Under the pieces are notes generated by a model, which saw only the letters and a program-made list of their open reading frames with translations, was not told the DNA's origin and made no database searches. The translations under genes were made by a program, and so were the position numbers. DNA of 64,000 nt, taken from contig DHRG01000013.1 of the NCBI GenBank assembly GCA_002408285.1, positions 4,536 to 68,535 of the forward strand. The letters are read 5' to 3'. Positions 46,494 through 59,379 of the stretch are shown in pieces. The stretch comes from Peptococcaceae bacterium UBA5318 (GTDB lineage Bacteria; Bacillota; Peptococcia; DRI-13; UBA5318). The stretch's first letter is position 1. Every line of letters begins with the position of its first letter.

Positions 46494-46614
46494 TACTTTC
46501 CACCTCTTACGACACAAAAGTATATCTTACTGCTTATATTTTAGCGGATATCGCCATTATTTACAATATGTGTAAAATGTTATTAATTTAGTTTATTTTT
46601 GACAAAATAACGCT

Positions 46615-48525
<1,911 letters not shown>

Positions 48526-48565
48526 TCAATTTGGGCTCTGCTTCCTCTTCGCTTAACTTACTTCT

Positions 48566-48808
48566 CTAAAAACCAACGCTTCTTTTTTGTAAAGTACCCG
48601 AAGAAATGGGCGACAAATAAACTTTATCCCCCACTAAAATAAAGCTCTTATTTTTCTCAGTTAAAGAAACCTTGATAATCGTTTTTTCTCCTTCAGCAAC
48701 TTCCATAAATTCCTTGGAAATTGTACTTTTATAAGTGGAAAAAATATCAAAAATACCAATAATATCCTTTCGCAGCACAGATACATCCCCTCCTAAATGT
48801 AAAAACAC
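48566..48808 (-). CDS. remB: DUF370 family protein (RemB/YaaB-like)
   Basis: An 80-aa ORF (MFLHLGGDVSVLRKDIIGIFD...) sits in the conserved recF-gyrB position. The GTG start is preceded by AAGGAGGG. Confidence 0.7.
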   Translation of the reverse strand: MFLHLGGDVSVLRKDIIGIFDIFSTYKSTISKEFMEVAEGEKTIIKVSLTEKNKSFILVGDKVYLSPISSGTLQKRSVGF

Positions 48809-48825
48809 GCCATTCCCTCCTTGCT

Positions 48826-49944
48826 CTAATCATTTAAAACACCTTGCTCAATATAAAATTTTTGGGTTGTTGTTTTTTCACTCCAAGGATAGGCCAGATC
48901 CTCCGTCGTTGTAATAAAACATTGGATCGCTTTCTCCTGGATGGTTTGTATCAATTGTTCCCTTCTCTTTTGATCCAATTCGGACATTACGTCATCCAGC
49001 AGAAGAATAGGATATTCTCCCGATTCGGCTTTAAAATATTCCAGTTCCGCCAGTTTGATCGCTAACACTGCAGTCCGGTGCTGTCCCTGAGATCCGAAAT
49101 ACTTTAAATCATTGCCGTTCAACACGATCAGCAGATCATCACGGTGAGGACCCCAGAGCGTCATGCCCCGTTTTAATTCTTCTTTTTGAGTCTTTTTTAA
49201 ATCCTCTAACAGCAACGATCTTATATTATCATTTTTTTTGATTTCTTTTTGTCTGTTGAGAAGATACCTAATATCAAGATTCTCTTTTCCTTCCGTCAGT
49301 TTCCTTTGTATCAGCCTGGTTAAAGGTATCAACTTTTCTAGAACCTGCAGCCGTTTGGCGATAATTTCCTCACTCAGCAAGATAAACTGTTCATTCCAGA
49401 CCAGCAGTTCACCGGTTATTTTTTCGGACCCGGAAAGCCTTTTCAACAAATGGTTGCGTTGAGCTAAGATACGGTTATAACGTTGTAAATTTATGAAATA
49501 AGAGGGATTCACCTGGGAAATATCATTATCAAGAAGACTTCTCCGTTCCGCGGGGGCTCCTTTGACGATATTTAGATCTTCCGGAGCAAATAACACCACA
49601 GTTAAGTTTCCCAATATCTCAGAAATTTTTCTTATTTTCAACCCGTTGATTTTTATTTCTTTCCCGCCGGTTTCTTTATTACGGTACACAACCTCGATCT
49701 TGAGATCACCGGCTTTACTTCTAACGGCCCCGGAAATCGCAAAAGCGTTTGTGTTGGCTTTTATTAATTGTGAATCTTGAGCCGGACGGTATGTTTTAAA
49801 CATAGAAAGATAATAGATTGCCTCAATGAGGTTAGTTTTACCTTGGGCGTTTTGTCCGGTAATAATATTTACTTGGGAAGAAAAATCTTGTTGTAAAACG
49901 CTATAGTTGCGGAATTGGTTTAAAAAAAGTCTTTGTAAATACAA
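48826..49944 (-). CDS. recF: DNA replication and repair protein RecF
   Basis: LFLNQFRNY..., Walker A GQNAQGKTNLIEAI, signature ...GSQGQHRT... and ...LLLDDVMSELD. Confidence 0.95.
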   Translation of the reverse strand: MYLQRLFLNQFRNYSVLQQDFSSQVNIITGQNAQGKTNLIEAIYYLSMFKTYRPAQDSQLIKANTNAFAISGAVRSKAGDLKIEVVYRNKETGGKEIKINGLKIRKISEILGNLTVVLFAPEDLNIVKGAPAERRSLLDNDISQVNPSYFINLQRYNRILAQRNHLLKRLSGSEKITGELLVWNEQFILLSEEIIAKRLQVLEKLIPLTRLIQRKLTEGKENLDIRYLLNRQKEIKKNDNIRSLLLEDLKKTQKEELKRGMTLWGPHRDDLLIVLNGNDLKYFGSQGQHRTAVLAIKLAELEYFKAESGEYPILLLDDVMSELDQKRREQLIQTIQEKAIQCFITTTEDLAYPWSEKTTTQKFYIEQGVLND

Positions 49945-49960
49945 GGGGACGCCCCCTTTT

Positions 49961-51067
49961 TCATGTTCTGACAGGAAGTATCAGGTAAAACAGATTTTCA
50001 GTTTCGCCAGGCCTCATAATACAAGGACTTAAAGGCCCTGTAAATTCTATAACAACCTTTTCTGCTTCAATGGTCTTGAAAGCGTCCAGCAAATAGCGGG
50101 CATTAAAAGATATGATCACCGCTTCTCCTTCGTTTTCAACGGGCAGTTGCTCATATCCCTGCCCTAATTCGGACTGTGAGGAAATAGTCATGATGGTGTC
50201 ATTGATACTCAGTTGAATTGTATTACTATTATCGCTGCCGATAGTAAAAAGGGAAATCCTCTCAACCGCCTCTAAAATACTTTTTGTTTTTACTTCCAAC
50301 TTTGATTTGTACTGATTGGGTATAACCTGCCGGTAGTTGGGAAATTGACCGTCTAACAACCGGCAAATAACGACGATATTGGAGATAGTGAAAACACATA
50401 CGTTTTTTGTCAGAGAAAGACGGCATATTTCCTCTTCATCATAGATCAGACGTGCAATCTCTGATAACATTTTGGCGGGAATGATAAAGCTTTGGGGGCT
50501 CTCCGGCTGACTTTTAGGCACACCCTGGCGCAGAGCTAGGCGATGCGTATCAGTTGCGATCATCCTTATTTTGTCATTTTCCGTTTCAAATAGTATACCC
50601 GTAAATAAGGGCCTTCCTTCATCCGTTCCGGCGGAAAAAGCTGTCTGTTTGATCATTTGCTTAAAAAGTGACGCTTGAATATGTACTTCATAATCCCCCG
50701 AAACTTCAGGAAGTGCCGGGAAATCCGCAGAAGACAGGGTCCTAAGTGTCAGTTGGGAATTTTCATATTGGATGGACAACTCATTTTCACTTGCTAAGTG
50801 CAAGGTAATCAAAGAAGACGGCAGCTTGCGGACAATTTCAATAAAATGCCTGGCCGGCACTACCGTAACACCCTCAAAAATAACTTCGGCGGGAACATGG
50901 ATTTGGATTCCCATTTCGAGATCAGTGCCAAAAAAATATAACATATTATTTTTCGCTTCTATCTTGATGCAGGTGAGGATCGGTAAGGTGTTTTTGGTGC
51001 TTACCGCTTTTTGAACGGCGGAAACACCCATTAAAAGATTATCTTTTAAGGCCGTTATCTTCATCAT
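49961..51067 (-). CDS. dnaN: DNA polymerase III beta sliding clamp
   Basis: MKITALKDNLLMGVSAVQKAVSTKNTLPILTCIKIEA... shows the three-domain clamp pattern. AAGGAGG lies 5 nt upstream of the ATG at 51067. Confidence 0.95.
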   Translation of the reverse strand: MMKITALKDNLLMGVSAVQKAVSTKNTLPILTCIKIEAKNNMLYFFGTDLEMGIQIHVPAEVIFEGVTVVPARHFIEIVRKLPSSLITLHLASENELSIQYENSQLTLRTLSSADFPALPEVSGDYEVHIQASLFKQMIKQTAFSAGTDEGRPLFTGILFETENDKIRMIATDTHRLALRQGVPKSQPESPQSFIIPAKMLSEIARLIYDEEEICRLSLTKNVCVFTISNIVVICRLLDGQFPNYRQVIPNQYKSKLEVKTKSILEAVERISLFTIGSDNSNTIQLSINDTIMTISSQSELGQGYEQLPVENEGEAVIISFNARYLLDAFKTIEAEKVVIEFTGPLSPCIMRPGETENLFYLILPVRT

Positions 51068-51103
51068 AAAATCCTCCTTAAAAAAAATAATTAATAATAA
51101 CAA

Positions 51104-51297
51104 TTAAAATAATAGTATTAATAGTAGGGACTGTGAATATGTGGATAAGCGACGGCGCCCTTTTTAGAACAAGCTTTCAACTGTCTAATAAAATGTGGAC
51201 AAGTAGTTCAGCCTGTCCACATTTTGTCTTTAGTTATTAACAGTATTATTTTTAATACACAGGCTACTAACATTTTATCACAAGGTTTTTCCACAAA
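51104..51297. promoter_or_regulatory. oriC, dnaA-dnaN intergenic part: DnaA boxes plus an AT-rich unwinding region
   Basis: TGTGGATAA at 51140-51148, TGTGGACAA at 51194-51202, CTGTCCACA at 51213-51221 and TTTTCCACA near 51287-51295. An almost pure A/T stretch lies at 51080-51127. Confidence 0.7.
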
Positions 51298-52647
51298 TTA
51301 AGGGTTCTGAATTTTTTCAATCAAAATTCTGATCGTAGATTCTAATTGTGGGTCCTTATTAATTTCAGTGGAAATTTTTTCATGGGCGTGAATTACTGTC
51401 GAGTGGTCACGCCCTCCAAATTCCTCGCCGATTTTGGGTAAAGAAAAATCAGTGAATTCCCGACAAAGATACATGGCTACCTGGCGAGGAAAGGCTACAT
51501 TACGGGGCCTTTTTTTTGATTTAAAATCCTCAAGCCGAAGGTTATAATAATCAGACACAACGTTTTGGATCGAATTTATTGTAATAGGCTTGGGACGGCT
51601 GTCAGGAAGAAGGTCTTTTAAAGCCTCCATACATAATTCCATAGTTATTTCTTTATTGCTTAAAGAAGCGTAGGCAACCACTCTAATCAAAGCGCCTTCC
51701 AGTTCCCTGATGTTTGAAGGAATTTTAGTGGCAATATAAAGCATAATTTCATTAGGGACATCTAAATTTTCTGTTTCTGATTTTTTTCTCAGGATAGCTA
51801 TCCTAGTTTCCAGATCAGGAGGTTGGATATCGGTGATCAAACCCCATTCAAAACGGGAACGAAGCCTGTCCTCCAGAGTTGGAATATTTTTAGGCGGTCT
51901 GTCGCTCGAAATAATGATTTGCTTATTTGCTTCATGCAGAGCGTTGAAAGTATGAAAAAACTCTTCCTGCGTTTGTTCTTTACCGGCCAGAAACTGGATA
52001 TCATCAATCAATAAGACGTCAACCTTGCGGTATTTATTCTGGAAATCTACTGTTTTACCATCCTTAATAGCGTTAATAAATTCATTCGTGAATTTTTCTG
52101 AAGCAACATAAATAACACGCAAATTATTATGATGTTCAATAACATAATGACCGATAGCATGCATGAGGTGGGTCTTTCCCAGACCAACGCCGCCGTAAAT
52201 AAACAAAGGGTTATAGGCTTTTGCTATTGCTTCCGATACGGCCAGGGCGGCTGCATGAGCGAAGCGGTTGCCGTTGCCGATCACAAAAGAATCGAAAACA
52301 TATTTAGGATTTAAGGCTGTAGCGCCATACTCCTCTATATTATAGGTATTCAGCTTCACTTTTTTATTTGCGGGGATTTTGGCTGCATGTTCTTGTCCGG
52401 GAATCACAAAATGGAGGGTGACATCTTTTTTTAAGACCTGTTTGGCTTTTTCCTGAATCAGATTATAATATCTTTTTTCCAGCCAATCTTTGGCAAAATC
52501 ATTGGGAACGATAACGGTAACTTGATCATTGTCGAGCGATAATAAGTTTGTGGATTTTAACCATGTTTCAAAACTTGGTTTAGAGAGTTCTTTTTCTAAC
52601 TGCTCCAAAATACTTTGCCAAATTTTGAAATACTTTTCGTTTACCAT
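51298..52647 (-). CDS. dnaA: Chromosomal replication initiator protein DnaA
   Basis: ...[21 protein letters not shown]..., ...LLIDDIQFL..., ...[10 protein letters not shown]... and the C-terminal DNA-binding region ...[14 protein letters not shown]...[11 protein letters not shown]. The ATG at 52647 has a GGGAGG ribosome-binding site. Confidence 0.97.
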   Translation of the reverse strand: MVNEKYFKIWQSILEQLEKELSKPSFETWLKSTNLLSLDNDQVTVIVPNDFAKDWLEKRYYNLIQEKAKQVLKKDVTLHFVIPGQEHAAKIPANKKVKLNTYNIEEYGATALNPKYVFDSFVIGNGNRFAHAAALAVSEAIAKAYNPLFIYGGVGLGKTHLMHAIGHYVIEHHNNLRVIYVASEKFTNEFINAIKDGKTVDFQNKYRKVDVLLIDDIQFLAGKEQTQEEFFHTFNALHEANKQIIISSDRPPKNIPTLEDRLRSRFEWGLITDIQPPDLETRIAILRKKSETENLDVPNEIMLYIATKIPSNIRELEGALIRVVAYASLSNKEITMELCMEALKDLLPDSRPKPITINSIQNVVSDYYNLRLEDFKSKKRPRNVAFPRQVAMYLCREFTDFSLPKIGEEFGGRDHSTVIHAHEKISTEINKDPQLESTIRILIEKIQNP

Positions 52648-52759
52648 CTTTAAAAAGCCTCCCAATAGATTCGAGGATATTATCCGAATACATATAACAA
52701 AAAAAGAAACCCGACTAAAAAGGGTTTTATAATATAAAATGTCCTCGGGGTTTTGGAAA

Positions 52760-52910
52760 AGAATAAGTTATACACAACATTATCCACATGATGTGGATAA
52801 TGTTAGCTACAATATCTCTTACATATGTATAATCATACCAAAACAGACCATACTTATCAACAAAAAAGTTAATTTAATTAAATGCAAAATAGGGTTATCC
52901 ACAGAAAAAC
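52760..52910. promoter_or_regulatory. oriC / dnaA promoter region: upstream DnaA-box cluster
   Basis: TTATACACA at 52768-52776, TTATCCACA at 52780-52788, TGTGGATAA at 52792-52800 and TTATCCACA at 52895-52903. Confidence 0.7.
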
Positions 52911-53025
52911 ACAAAACTGGTTTGCTCTTCCTTGACATCTTTCCCCGGCTGACTTATACTTTTTATATCTTTGGTGATATGATTGGATGAGCATGAGGGT
53001 TACCTGATGACAGGAGGTGTTGATA

Positions 53026-53160
53026 ATGAAAATGACTTATAATCCTAAGAGCCGTAAACATAAAAGGGTTCATGGATTCTTAAAAAGAATGCATACAAAG
53101 GGTGGGCGTACAGTTTTACAGCGTAGACGTGTAAAGGGCAGAAAAAAGTTGTCAGCTTAA
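53026..53160 (+). CDS. rpmH: 50S ribosomal protein L34
   Basis: My own translation gives [50 protein letters not shown] ribosome-binding site lies upstream. The ORF is below the size cut-off of the track. Confidence 0.95.
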   Translation: MKMTYNPKSRKHKRVHGFLKRMHTKGGRTVLQRRRVKGRKKLSA

Positions 53161-53182
53161 GGCCACTGCGTGTGGCCTTAAG
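53156..53182 (+). terminator. Stem-loop overlapping the rpmH stop (attenuator or terminator)
   Basis: CTTAAGGCCAC-tgcgt-GTGGCCTTAAG. The downstream T tract is weak (TTGTATAGTTT). Confidence 0.4.
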
Positions 53183-53244
53183 TTGTATAGTTTATATTAT
53201 AGGTTGTATAGTTTATATTATAGGTTGTATAGTTTATATTATAG
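53182..53244 (+). repeat. Perfect tandem repeat, 3 x 21 bp (GTTGTATAGTTTATATTATAG)
   Basis: The units are 53182-53202, 53203-53223 and 53224-53244. They are identical and lie between the rpmH hairpin and the rnpA ribosome-binding site. Confidence 0.95.
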
Positions 53245-53254
53245 GGGGATCGCC

Positions 53255-53611
53255 TTGCTGGCAAGAACTTACCGCCTTATTAAAAAGGAGGATTTCCGTA
53301 AGACTTATGCAAATAGAAAATCCCTTGCCAATCCTTTGCTGGTTCTGTATCATTTTAAAAAATCCAATCAGTATGCCCCAAGAATTGGGATATCAGTATC
53401 TAAAAAAATTGGAAACGCAGTGATCCGCAATAAAGTTAAAAGAAGGATAAGGGAAGCAATGCGGTCTTACTTACCTAAAATAAAGACCGAATATGATTTA
53501 ATATTTGTAGCAAGGATAAAAATAGGGAAAGCGTCTTTTAAGGAAATAGAAAAAAGCGTAGAAGACCTTTTGATAAGAGCGAAAATGATCCGCAAGATGA
53601 GTAAAACATGA
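53255..53611 (+). CDS. rnpA: Ribonuclease P protein component
   Basis: [18 protein letters not shown]...[26 protein letters not shown]. The TTG start at 53255 has AGGGGGA 5 nt upstream. The track start at 53183 would translate the tandem repeat. Confidence 0.9.
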   Translation: MLARTYRLIKKEDFRKTYANRKSLANPLLVLYHFKKSNQYAPRIGISVSKKIGNAVIRNKVKRRIREAMRSYLPKIKTEYDLIFVARIKIGKASFKEIEKSVEDLLIRAKMIRKMSKT

Positions 53612-53817
53612 AAAACATAATTTTACTACTGGTAAAATTTTATCAGCGTTTCCTATCACCTTTAAAAGGTGCGCGGTGTAGGTTTTACCCCTCTTGCTCA
53701 GAATATACATATCAAGCTGTTAAGAAATATGGCGTTTTGAAGGGCGGATTATTATCTTGTAAAAGGATACTTAAATGTCATCCTTTTCATCCTGGAGGAT
53801 ATGATCCTGTAGAGTAA
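53608..53817 (+). CDS. yidD: Membrane protein insertion efficiency factor YidD
   Basis: [61 protein letters not shown]. Confidence 0.9.
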   Translation: MKNIILLLVKFYQRFLSPLKGARCRFYPSCSEYTYQAVKKYGVLKGGLLSCKRILKCHPFHPGGYDPVE

Positions 53818-53854
53818 TTAATAGGGAGGTGAACCTGTTACAAAATTATTATTT

Positions 53855-54544
53855 GTGACAGGATCTAATTTGTGGCAAGCTTTAGTTAATGGGGTCGCGT
53901 CAATTTTGGTGCTTTGCTATGACCTTACCGTATCGTTAGGAATACCGAGTTACGCACTTGCTATTGTTATGTTGACGTTATTTATAAAAATTATTACATA
54001 CCCGCTGACTTATAAACAAACGCATTCCATGAGAAGTATGCAGGAATTGCAGCCCAAAATCAAAGCGCTGCAAGAAAAATACCGCAAGAACCCTGAGAAG
54101 CTCAACCAGGCAACCATGGAACTCTATAAAGATAATAAAGTAAACCCGATGGCAGGATGTTTTCCCTTACTGATACAGATGCCGATCCTGATCGCTTTGT
54201 TTCAGGCGCTGCAGAAATTTCAGTATAATGATATTGGATCTGCGTTTTTATGGATTCCCCATTTAAAGGACCCGGATCCGACCTATATTGTACCGTTATT
54301 AGTAGCGGTTACGACATTTCTGCAGACAAAATTCACAACGCCGAATACGAATGTAGAAGGGCAAGCGGCCATGACCCAAAAGATGATGTTATATACAATG
54401 CCTATATTTATTGGCTATATTAGTATTAAATTTCCGGCGGGGCTGGGCATATATTGGATCTTCTTTAGTATTTTTGGGACGCTACAAATGCTTTATATTT
54501 ATAGACACCCCACCATGAAAAAAGGGGAAGTGGGTAGAAAATGA
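53855..54544 (+). CDS. yidC: YidC/Oxa1-family membrane insertase (short Firmicute form)
   Basis: ...LAIVMLTLFIKIITYPLTYKQTHSMRSMQELQPKIKALQEKY...GCFPLLIQMPILIALF... The exact start is uncertain. Confidence 0.9.
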   Translation: MTGSNLWQALVNGVASILVLCYDLTVSLGIPSYALAIVMLTLFIKIITYPLTYKQTHSMRSMQELQPKIKALQEKYRKNPEKLNQATMELYKDNKVNPMAGCFPLLIQMPILIALFQALQKFQYNDIGSAFLWIPHLKDPDPTYIVPLLVAVTTFLQTKFTTPNTNVEGQAAMTQKMMLYTMPIFIGYISIKFPAGLGIYWIFFSIFGTLQMLYIYRHPTMKKGEVGRK

Positions 54545-55161
54545 AAAGTATCGAAATAACCGCAAATTCCGTTGAGGAAGCGATTAAACAAGCGTTAGAC
54601 CAACTGAAATTGGAACGCGAGCAGATCGGTATTGAGATCCTTGAAGAAGGCAACAAGGGATTCTTGGGGTTTTTCCGGACCAAACAAGCCCGGGTTAGGG
54701 TTACGGAAAAAGCCGACGCCGTATTTCCAGCCAAAGATTTTTTGGAAGAAATCACCCGGCGCATGGGTGTAAAAACGAACGTACAGATCCAAGAAGAGGA
54801 CGAATATATCAAAATGACCATTAACGGCGGCAATAACTTAGGCGTACTGATAGGACGGCGCGGCGAAACGCTGGATGCTCTTCAATATCTGACCAATTTG
54901 GTTGCTAATAAACACAGTCAGGAACGTAAAAGGATTATTATTGATGCCGAAGGATACCGCAAAAGGCGCGAAGAAACATTAATCAGACTGGCGGCACGTA
55001 TGGCCGACAGGGTAAAAAGGACGGGACATCGTGTTGTTCTTGAACCAATGAACCCTCAGGAGAGAAGGATAATTCATACTGCGCTGCAAAATGACTTGTC
55101 TATACAAACTTTAAGCGAAGGGGAAGAACCCTTTAGAAAGGTCGTTATTTCTCTTCGCTGA
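54541..55161 (+). CDS. jag: Jag/KhpB RNA-binding protein (Jag_N, KH, R3H)
   Basis: MKSIEITANSVEEAIKQALDQL..., ...IGRRGETLDALQYL... and the R3H tail ...LEPMNPQERRIIHTAL. Confidence 0.85.
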   Translation: MKSIEITANSVEEAIKQALDQLKLEREQIGIEILEEGNKGFLGFFRTKQARVRVTEKADAVFPAKDFLEEITRRMGVKTNVQIQEEDEYIKMTINGGNNLGVLIGRRGETLDALQYLTNLVANKHSQERKRIIIDAEGYRKRREETLIRLAARMADRVKRTGHRVVLEPMNPQERRIIHTALQNDLSIQTLSEGEEPFRKVVISLR

Positions 55162-55293
55162 TAAGTCATGAACCTGCAAATATAATGAACAGTCCGGCAG
55201 CGGCCTGTTCATTTTTATATCTGCGCCACGCAAGGGCGGCCCGTCCGGATAATAATGGAAGATAAGGTATATTTATATATAGAGGTGAAAAGT

Positions 55294-56676
55294 GTGATCG
55301 AAGATACAATAGCAGCCATTGCAACTGCTTTAGGCGCTTCCGGGGTCGGGATCATCAGGATCTCAGGACCTGATGCCGCCAAAATTGCAGATCAGGTATT
55401 CGAGGGTAAAAATAAAATTAAATTGCGGGAGCGGCCTAAATATACCATAAGCTATGGAACGGTCTATGATGAAAATAAAACAATGATTGATGAGGCTCTT
55501 GCTTTGGTCATGTGGAAGCCCCATAGCTTCACAGGGGAAGATGTAATCGAGCTGCAGTGTCATGGCGGTACAGTGGTCCTCAAAAAGGTACTGGAGCTTA
55601 TCCTAAAGGCGGGGGCCAGACTTGCGGAGCCTGGAGAATTCAGCAAAAGGGCCTTTCTTAACGGCCGGCTCGACTTGGCACAGGCTGAGTCCATTATGGA
55701 TATTATTACGGCTAAGACTGAAACGGCAGTGAAGATGGCTATGGGGAATCTTAAAGGCGATGTTTCCAAACATATAAAAAGTATCTCCGGTGATGTCTTA
55801 GAGCTAATTGCCTACCTTGAGGCCGACATTGATTTTCCGGAGGAAGATTTTATAAGGCTTAACGAAGAAGAAATAATGCGGCGTCTGACGCGCATTGAAA
55901 CGCAAATAAAGACGGTACTGCAGACTTATCAAGGAGGGCGTATTATCCGGGAGGGGTTAAAAACAGCGCTGGTAGGCAGACCGAATGCCGGAAAATCGAG
56001 TCTATTGAATGCGTTTTTGCAAGAAGAAAGGGCGATCGTGACTGATATCCCGGGAACAACAAGGGATACTATCGAGGAGTGCTATAATTTAGGAGGAATC
56101 CCGCTGATTCTGATAGATACGGCTGGAATCAGGGAAACCCATGACAAAATTGAACGGTTAGGCGTCGCCAGAACGAAAGAAATTGTGATGGCCGCGGATA
56201 TTATACTTTACGTCATTGATATAAAAGAAGGGGTTAAGGAAGAGGATAACGCTTTTTTAAGCGGGTTGCCCCCAAATAAAGTAATCGTGCTCCTTAATAA
56301 AATAGATGTATATGACAATAAAGTAAAAGAACAAAAAATCCGCGGACAATTGACAGGATATAAGGTCCTATTTGTTTCCGCCCAGGAAAATACAGGCATC
56401 AAACAATTAGAACAAGTAATATCCCAATTGTTTTTTGAAAATGGTTCGATCAATACTGATAAGCTTTATTTGACAAACGCAAGACAAAAAGAGAAAATCG
56501 AAAAAGCCCTGGAAGCCTTAACGAGTGCCAAAACAGGTTTATTGAGGCATATCCCGACCGACCTGATCGAGATAGATATGAAACAAGCCTGGATTTATCT
56601 AGGAGAGGTAACCGGTGAATCCGTAAGCGAAGATGTAATAGATGAAGTGTTTTCGAGATTTTGTCTGGGCAAATAA
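55294..56676 (+). CDS. mnmE: tRNA modification GTPase MnmE
   Basis: [25 protein letters not shown]..., G domain [12 protein letters not shown]...DTAGIRET...NKID and the C-terminal FCLGK. The GTG start at 55294 has GAGGTGA upstream. Confidence 0.95.
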   Translation: MIEDTIAAIATALGASGVGIIRISGPDAAKIADQVFEGKNKIKLRERPKYTISYGTVYDENKTMIDEALALVMWKPHSFTGEDVIELQCHGGTVVLKKVLELILKAGARLAEPGEFSKRAFLNGRLDLAQAESIMDIITAKTETAVKMAMGNLKGDVSKHIKSISGDVLELIAYLEADIDFPEEDFIRLNEEEIMRRLTRIETQIKTVLQTYQGGRIIREGLKTALVGRPNAGKSSLLNAFLQEERAIVTDIPGTTRDTIEECYNLGGIPLILIDTAGIRETHDKIERLGVARTKEIVMAADIILYVIDIKEGVKEEDNAFLSGLPPNKVIVLLNKIDVYDNKVKEQKIRGQLTGYKVLFVSAQENTGIKQLEQVISQLFFENGSINTDKLYLTNARQKEKIEKALEALTSAKTGLLRHIPTDLIEIDMKQAWIYLGEVTGESVSEDVIDEVFSRFCLGK

Positions 56677-56693
56677 GTGGGAGGTCACAAAAA

Positions 56694-58586
56694 ATGACAT
56701 ACGAAGCAGGAAGTTATGACTGTATCGTTGTTGGGACCGGGCATGCCGGCTGTGAAGCGGCCTTAGCGGCAGCCCGGATGGGCTGTAAGACCCTGATAAC
56801 AACTCTTAATATGGATAATATCGGACTCATGCCCTGCAACCCTTCTATCGGGGGTCCGGCCAAGGGTCATTTAGTGCGGGAAATCGACGCCCTGGGAGGA
56901 GAAATGGCGCACAATATTGACGCCTCTTATATTCAAATAAAGACGTTAAATACGGGTAAAGGGCCGGCGGTGCGCGCATTAAGGGCTCAGGCCGATAAAC
57001 GCGCTTATCAGCAGAAAATGACCGAAACACTTCAAGGGCAAAAGAACCTGGATGTCAAACAAATTTTGGTTGAAAAAATCATTGTCGGTCAAAACTCGGA
57101 AATTATGGGGGTTGAATCAGAAACGGGGGCCTTTTATCGGGCTACGACGGTTATTCTTTGCACCGGAACTTATTTACGGGGCAAAATCATTATCGGGGAA
57201 GTCACATATTCGGCGGGTCCCAATGGACAGCGGGCCGCTCAAAAGCTTTCGCAGAGTCTTGCTGAAAACGGAATCGAATTAGGACGCTTTAAAACCGGCA
57301 CGCCTGCCAGAGTCGATAAAAGAAGCATTGATTTTGCGCAGACAGAAGTCCAACCCGGTGATGAGGAAAGCGCCTATTTTTCGTTTTTAACAAAGAGCGG
57401 CACAAATGTGAATATACCCTGTTATCTTACTTATACCAACGAAAATACACATCAGGTGATTCGTGATAATATACACCGCTCTCCATTGTTTACAGGGAAA
57501 ATAGAAGGCGTCGGGCCGCGGTATTGTCCTTCCATAGAGGATAAAGTAGTAAGATTTGCGGATAAAGAAAAACACCAAGTGTTTTTGGAGCCGGAAGGAC
57601 GGCATACACATGAAATATATCTTCAGGGCTTGTCTTCCAGTCTGCCCGAAGAGGTGCAGCGGGAATTTCTGAGAACGGTCCGGGGGCTGGAAACAGCCGA
57701 AGTCATGAAAACAGGTTATGCCATTGAGTATGATTATGTTATACCGACCCAGCTTCGCCTAACTCTCGAAACAAAAAAGATAGCGGGCCTTTTTACCGCC
57801 GGGCAGATCAACGGTTCCTCCGGATATGAAGAGGCTGCCGCCCAAGGGCTCATGGCCGGAATCAATGCCGCGTTAAAAATACAAAAAAAGCCGCCCTTTC
57901 TCCTAAAGCGGTCGGAAGCCTACATTGGCGTTTTAATAGATGATTTGGTCATTAAGGGCACGAATGAACCTTATCGCATGATGACCACCAGGGCTGAATA
58001 CCGGCTCCTCTTGAGGCAGGACAACGCCGATCTAAGACTGACGGAAAAAGGCTGGGAAATCGGTTTGGCGGATGAAGACAGGCATGAGAAATTCTTAAAA
58101 AAGAAAGAAATATTAGATGGTGAACTGCAAAGACTAAAAGACCGCATCGTCACACCTGCGGACACAAGGTTACTCGTGGTAATGGAAAAAAAAGGAAGCA
58201 CACCTATCCGGAACGGGATCCATTTATACGACCTGTTAAGAAGAGAAGAAATTACTTATGACGATTTGTTGGAGGCCGGATTGGGGATAGATCTGCCAAG
58301 AGAGGTCAAGGAACAGATTGAAATACAGATCAAATACGAAGGTTATATTGAAAGACAGATGAATCAGGTAAAACGCTTTGAAAGACTGGAAAGAAGAATG
58401 ATCCCCCAGGAGATTGATTATTCATCGGTCAGCGGATTATGTGTGGAAGCCCAGCAAAAGCTGATGAAGATCAGACCGGAATCATTCGGCCAGGCTTCCA
58501 GGATTTCCGGCGTATCCCCGGCTGATCTTTCGGTATTGTTGATTTACTTGGAAAAGATGCGGCGCGGGAGAGAAAAAAATGAATAA
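56694..58586 (+). CDS. mnmG: tRNA uridine 5-carboxymethylaminomethyl modification enzyme MnmG
   Basis: [30 protein letters not shown]...[21 protein letters not shown]... A GGGAGG ribosome-binding site precedes the ATG at 56694. Confidence 0.95.
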   Translation: MTYEAGSYDCIVVGTGHAGCEAALAAARMGCKTLITTLNMDNIGLMPCNPSIGGPAKGHLVREIDALGGEMAHNIDASYIQIKTLNTGKGPAVRALRAQADKRAYQQKMTETLQGQKNLDVKQILVEKIIVGQNSEIMGVESETGAFYRATTVILCTGTYLRGKIIIGEVTYSAGPNGQRAAQKLSQSLAENGIELGRFKTGTPARVDKRSIDFAQTEVQPGDEESAYFSFLTKSGTNVNIPCYLTYTNENTHQVIRDNIHRSPLFTGKIEGVGPRYCPSIEDKVVRFADKEKHQVFLEPEGRHTHEIYLQGLSSSLPEEVQREFLRTVRGLETAEVMKTGYAIEYDYVIPTQLRLTLETKKIAGLFTAGQINGSSGYEEAAAQGLMAGINAALKIQKKPPFLLKRSEAYIGVLIDDLVIKGTNEPYRMMTTRAEYRLLLRQDNADLRLTEKGWEIGLADEDRHEKFLKKKEILDGELQRLKDRIVTPADTRLLVVMEKKGSTPIRNGIHLYDLLRREEITYDDLLEAGLGIDLPREVKEQIEIQIKYEGYIERQMNQVKRFERLERRMIPQEIDYSSVSGLCVEAQQKLMKIRPESFGQASRISGVSPADLSVLLIYLEKMRRGREKNE

Positions 58587-59289
58587 AGAGCTTTTACAAG
58601 AAATGTTGGTTAAGAGCGGGATCGCCTACACAAAGGAGCAAATTGAAAAATACGAGAAGTATGAACGCGAGTTGTTAGAATATAACCAGAAAGTTAATTT
58701 AACAGCTATTGAAGAAGATGAGGAAATCATTATCAAACATTTTTATGATTCCTTATTAGGGATGATGACGAAGACCTGGACAGGCGGCGGAAAAATAATT
58801 GATTTAGGTACGGGGGCAGGATTCCCCGGCATTCCCCTAAAAATCATGAATCCTCAACTGGATGTGACGCTTGTAGACGCCTTACAAAAGAGGATCACAT
58901 TTTTAGAGCTCCTTATCCAACGGCTTGAACTAAAGCAGATCAGAGCTGTACACGCTCGCGCCGAAGAGATAGGGCAAGATCTGAAACATCGTGAAAAGTA
59001 TGATTTGATTGTATCCAGGGCTGTAGCAAAGCTTCCGGTTTTGGCGGAATATTGTCTTCCGCTGATTAAAAAAGGCGGCTCTATGATTGCCTACAAAGGG
59101 CCGGAAGGGGAGCAAGAGGTTGAGCTTGCCGAAAGGGCCCTGGCCATATTAGGGGGCCAAATCAAAGAAATATTAAGGCGGCAGCTTCCGGACGGCAGCG
59201 AAAGAAGACTTGTGGTGATAGAGAAAATAGCCTTAACTCCCGGAGAATACCCCCGGCGTCCCGGCGCACCGGGAAAAAAGCCCCTCTGA
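58579..59289 (+). CDS. rsmG: 16S rRNA (guanine527-N7)-methyltransferase RsmG
   Basis: ...[10 protein letters not shown]...IKHFYDSL...[17 protein letters not shown]...VSRAVA... Confidence 0.9.
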   Translation: MNKELLQEMLVKSGIAYTKEQIEKYEKYERELLEYNQKVNLTAIEEDEEIIIKHFYDSLLGMMTKTWTGGGKIIDLGTGAGFPGIPLKIMNPQLDVTLVDALQKRITFLELLIQRLELKQIRAVHARAEEIGQDLKHREKYDLIVSRAVAKLPVLAEYCLPLIKKGGSMIAYKGPEGEQEVELAERALAILGGQIKEILRRQLPDGSERRLVVIEKIALTPGEYPRRPGAPGKKPL

Positions 59290-59379
59290 AATGGAAAAAA
59301 AAGTAAAACAATAGCAGGAATATTTAAATAAAGCAAGAATTATATTAAGCAAACGGTTGGAGAGAGGGGGGCAAAAAGC

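Noticed and set aside
53182-53244. The 3x21-bp repeat considered as a mini-CRISPR array.
   Set aside because: The units are directly adjacent with no spacers, there are no cas genes and the units are AT-rich. It is a plain tandem repeat.
53183-53254. An N-terminal extension of rnpA through the tandem repeat (MYSLYYRLYSLYYRLYSLYYRG...).
   Set aside because: There is no ribosome-binding site, whereas the TTG at 53255 has AGGGGGA upstream. The conserved RnpA N-terminus starts only at LLARTYRL. The repeat is more likely non-coding.
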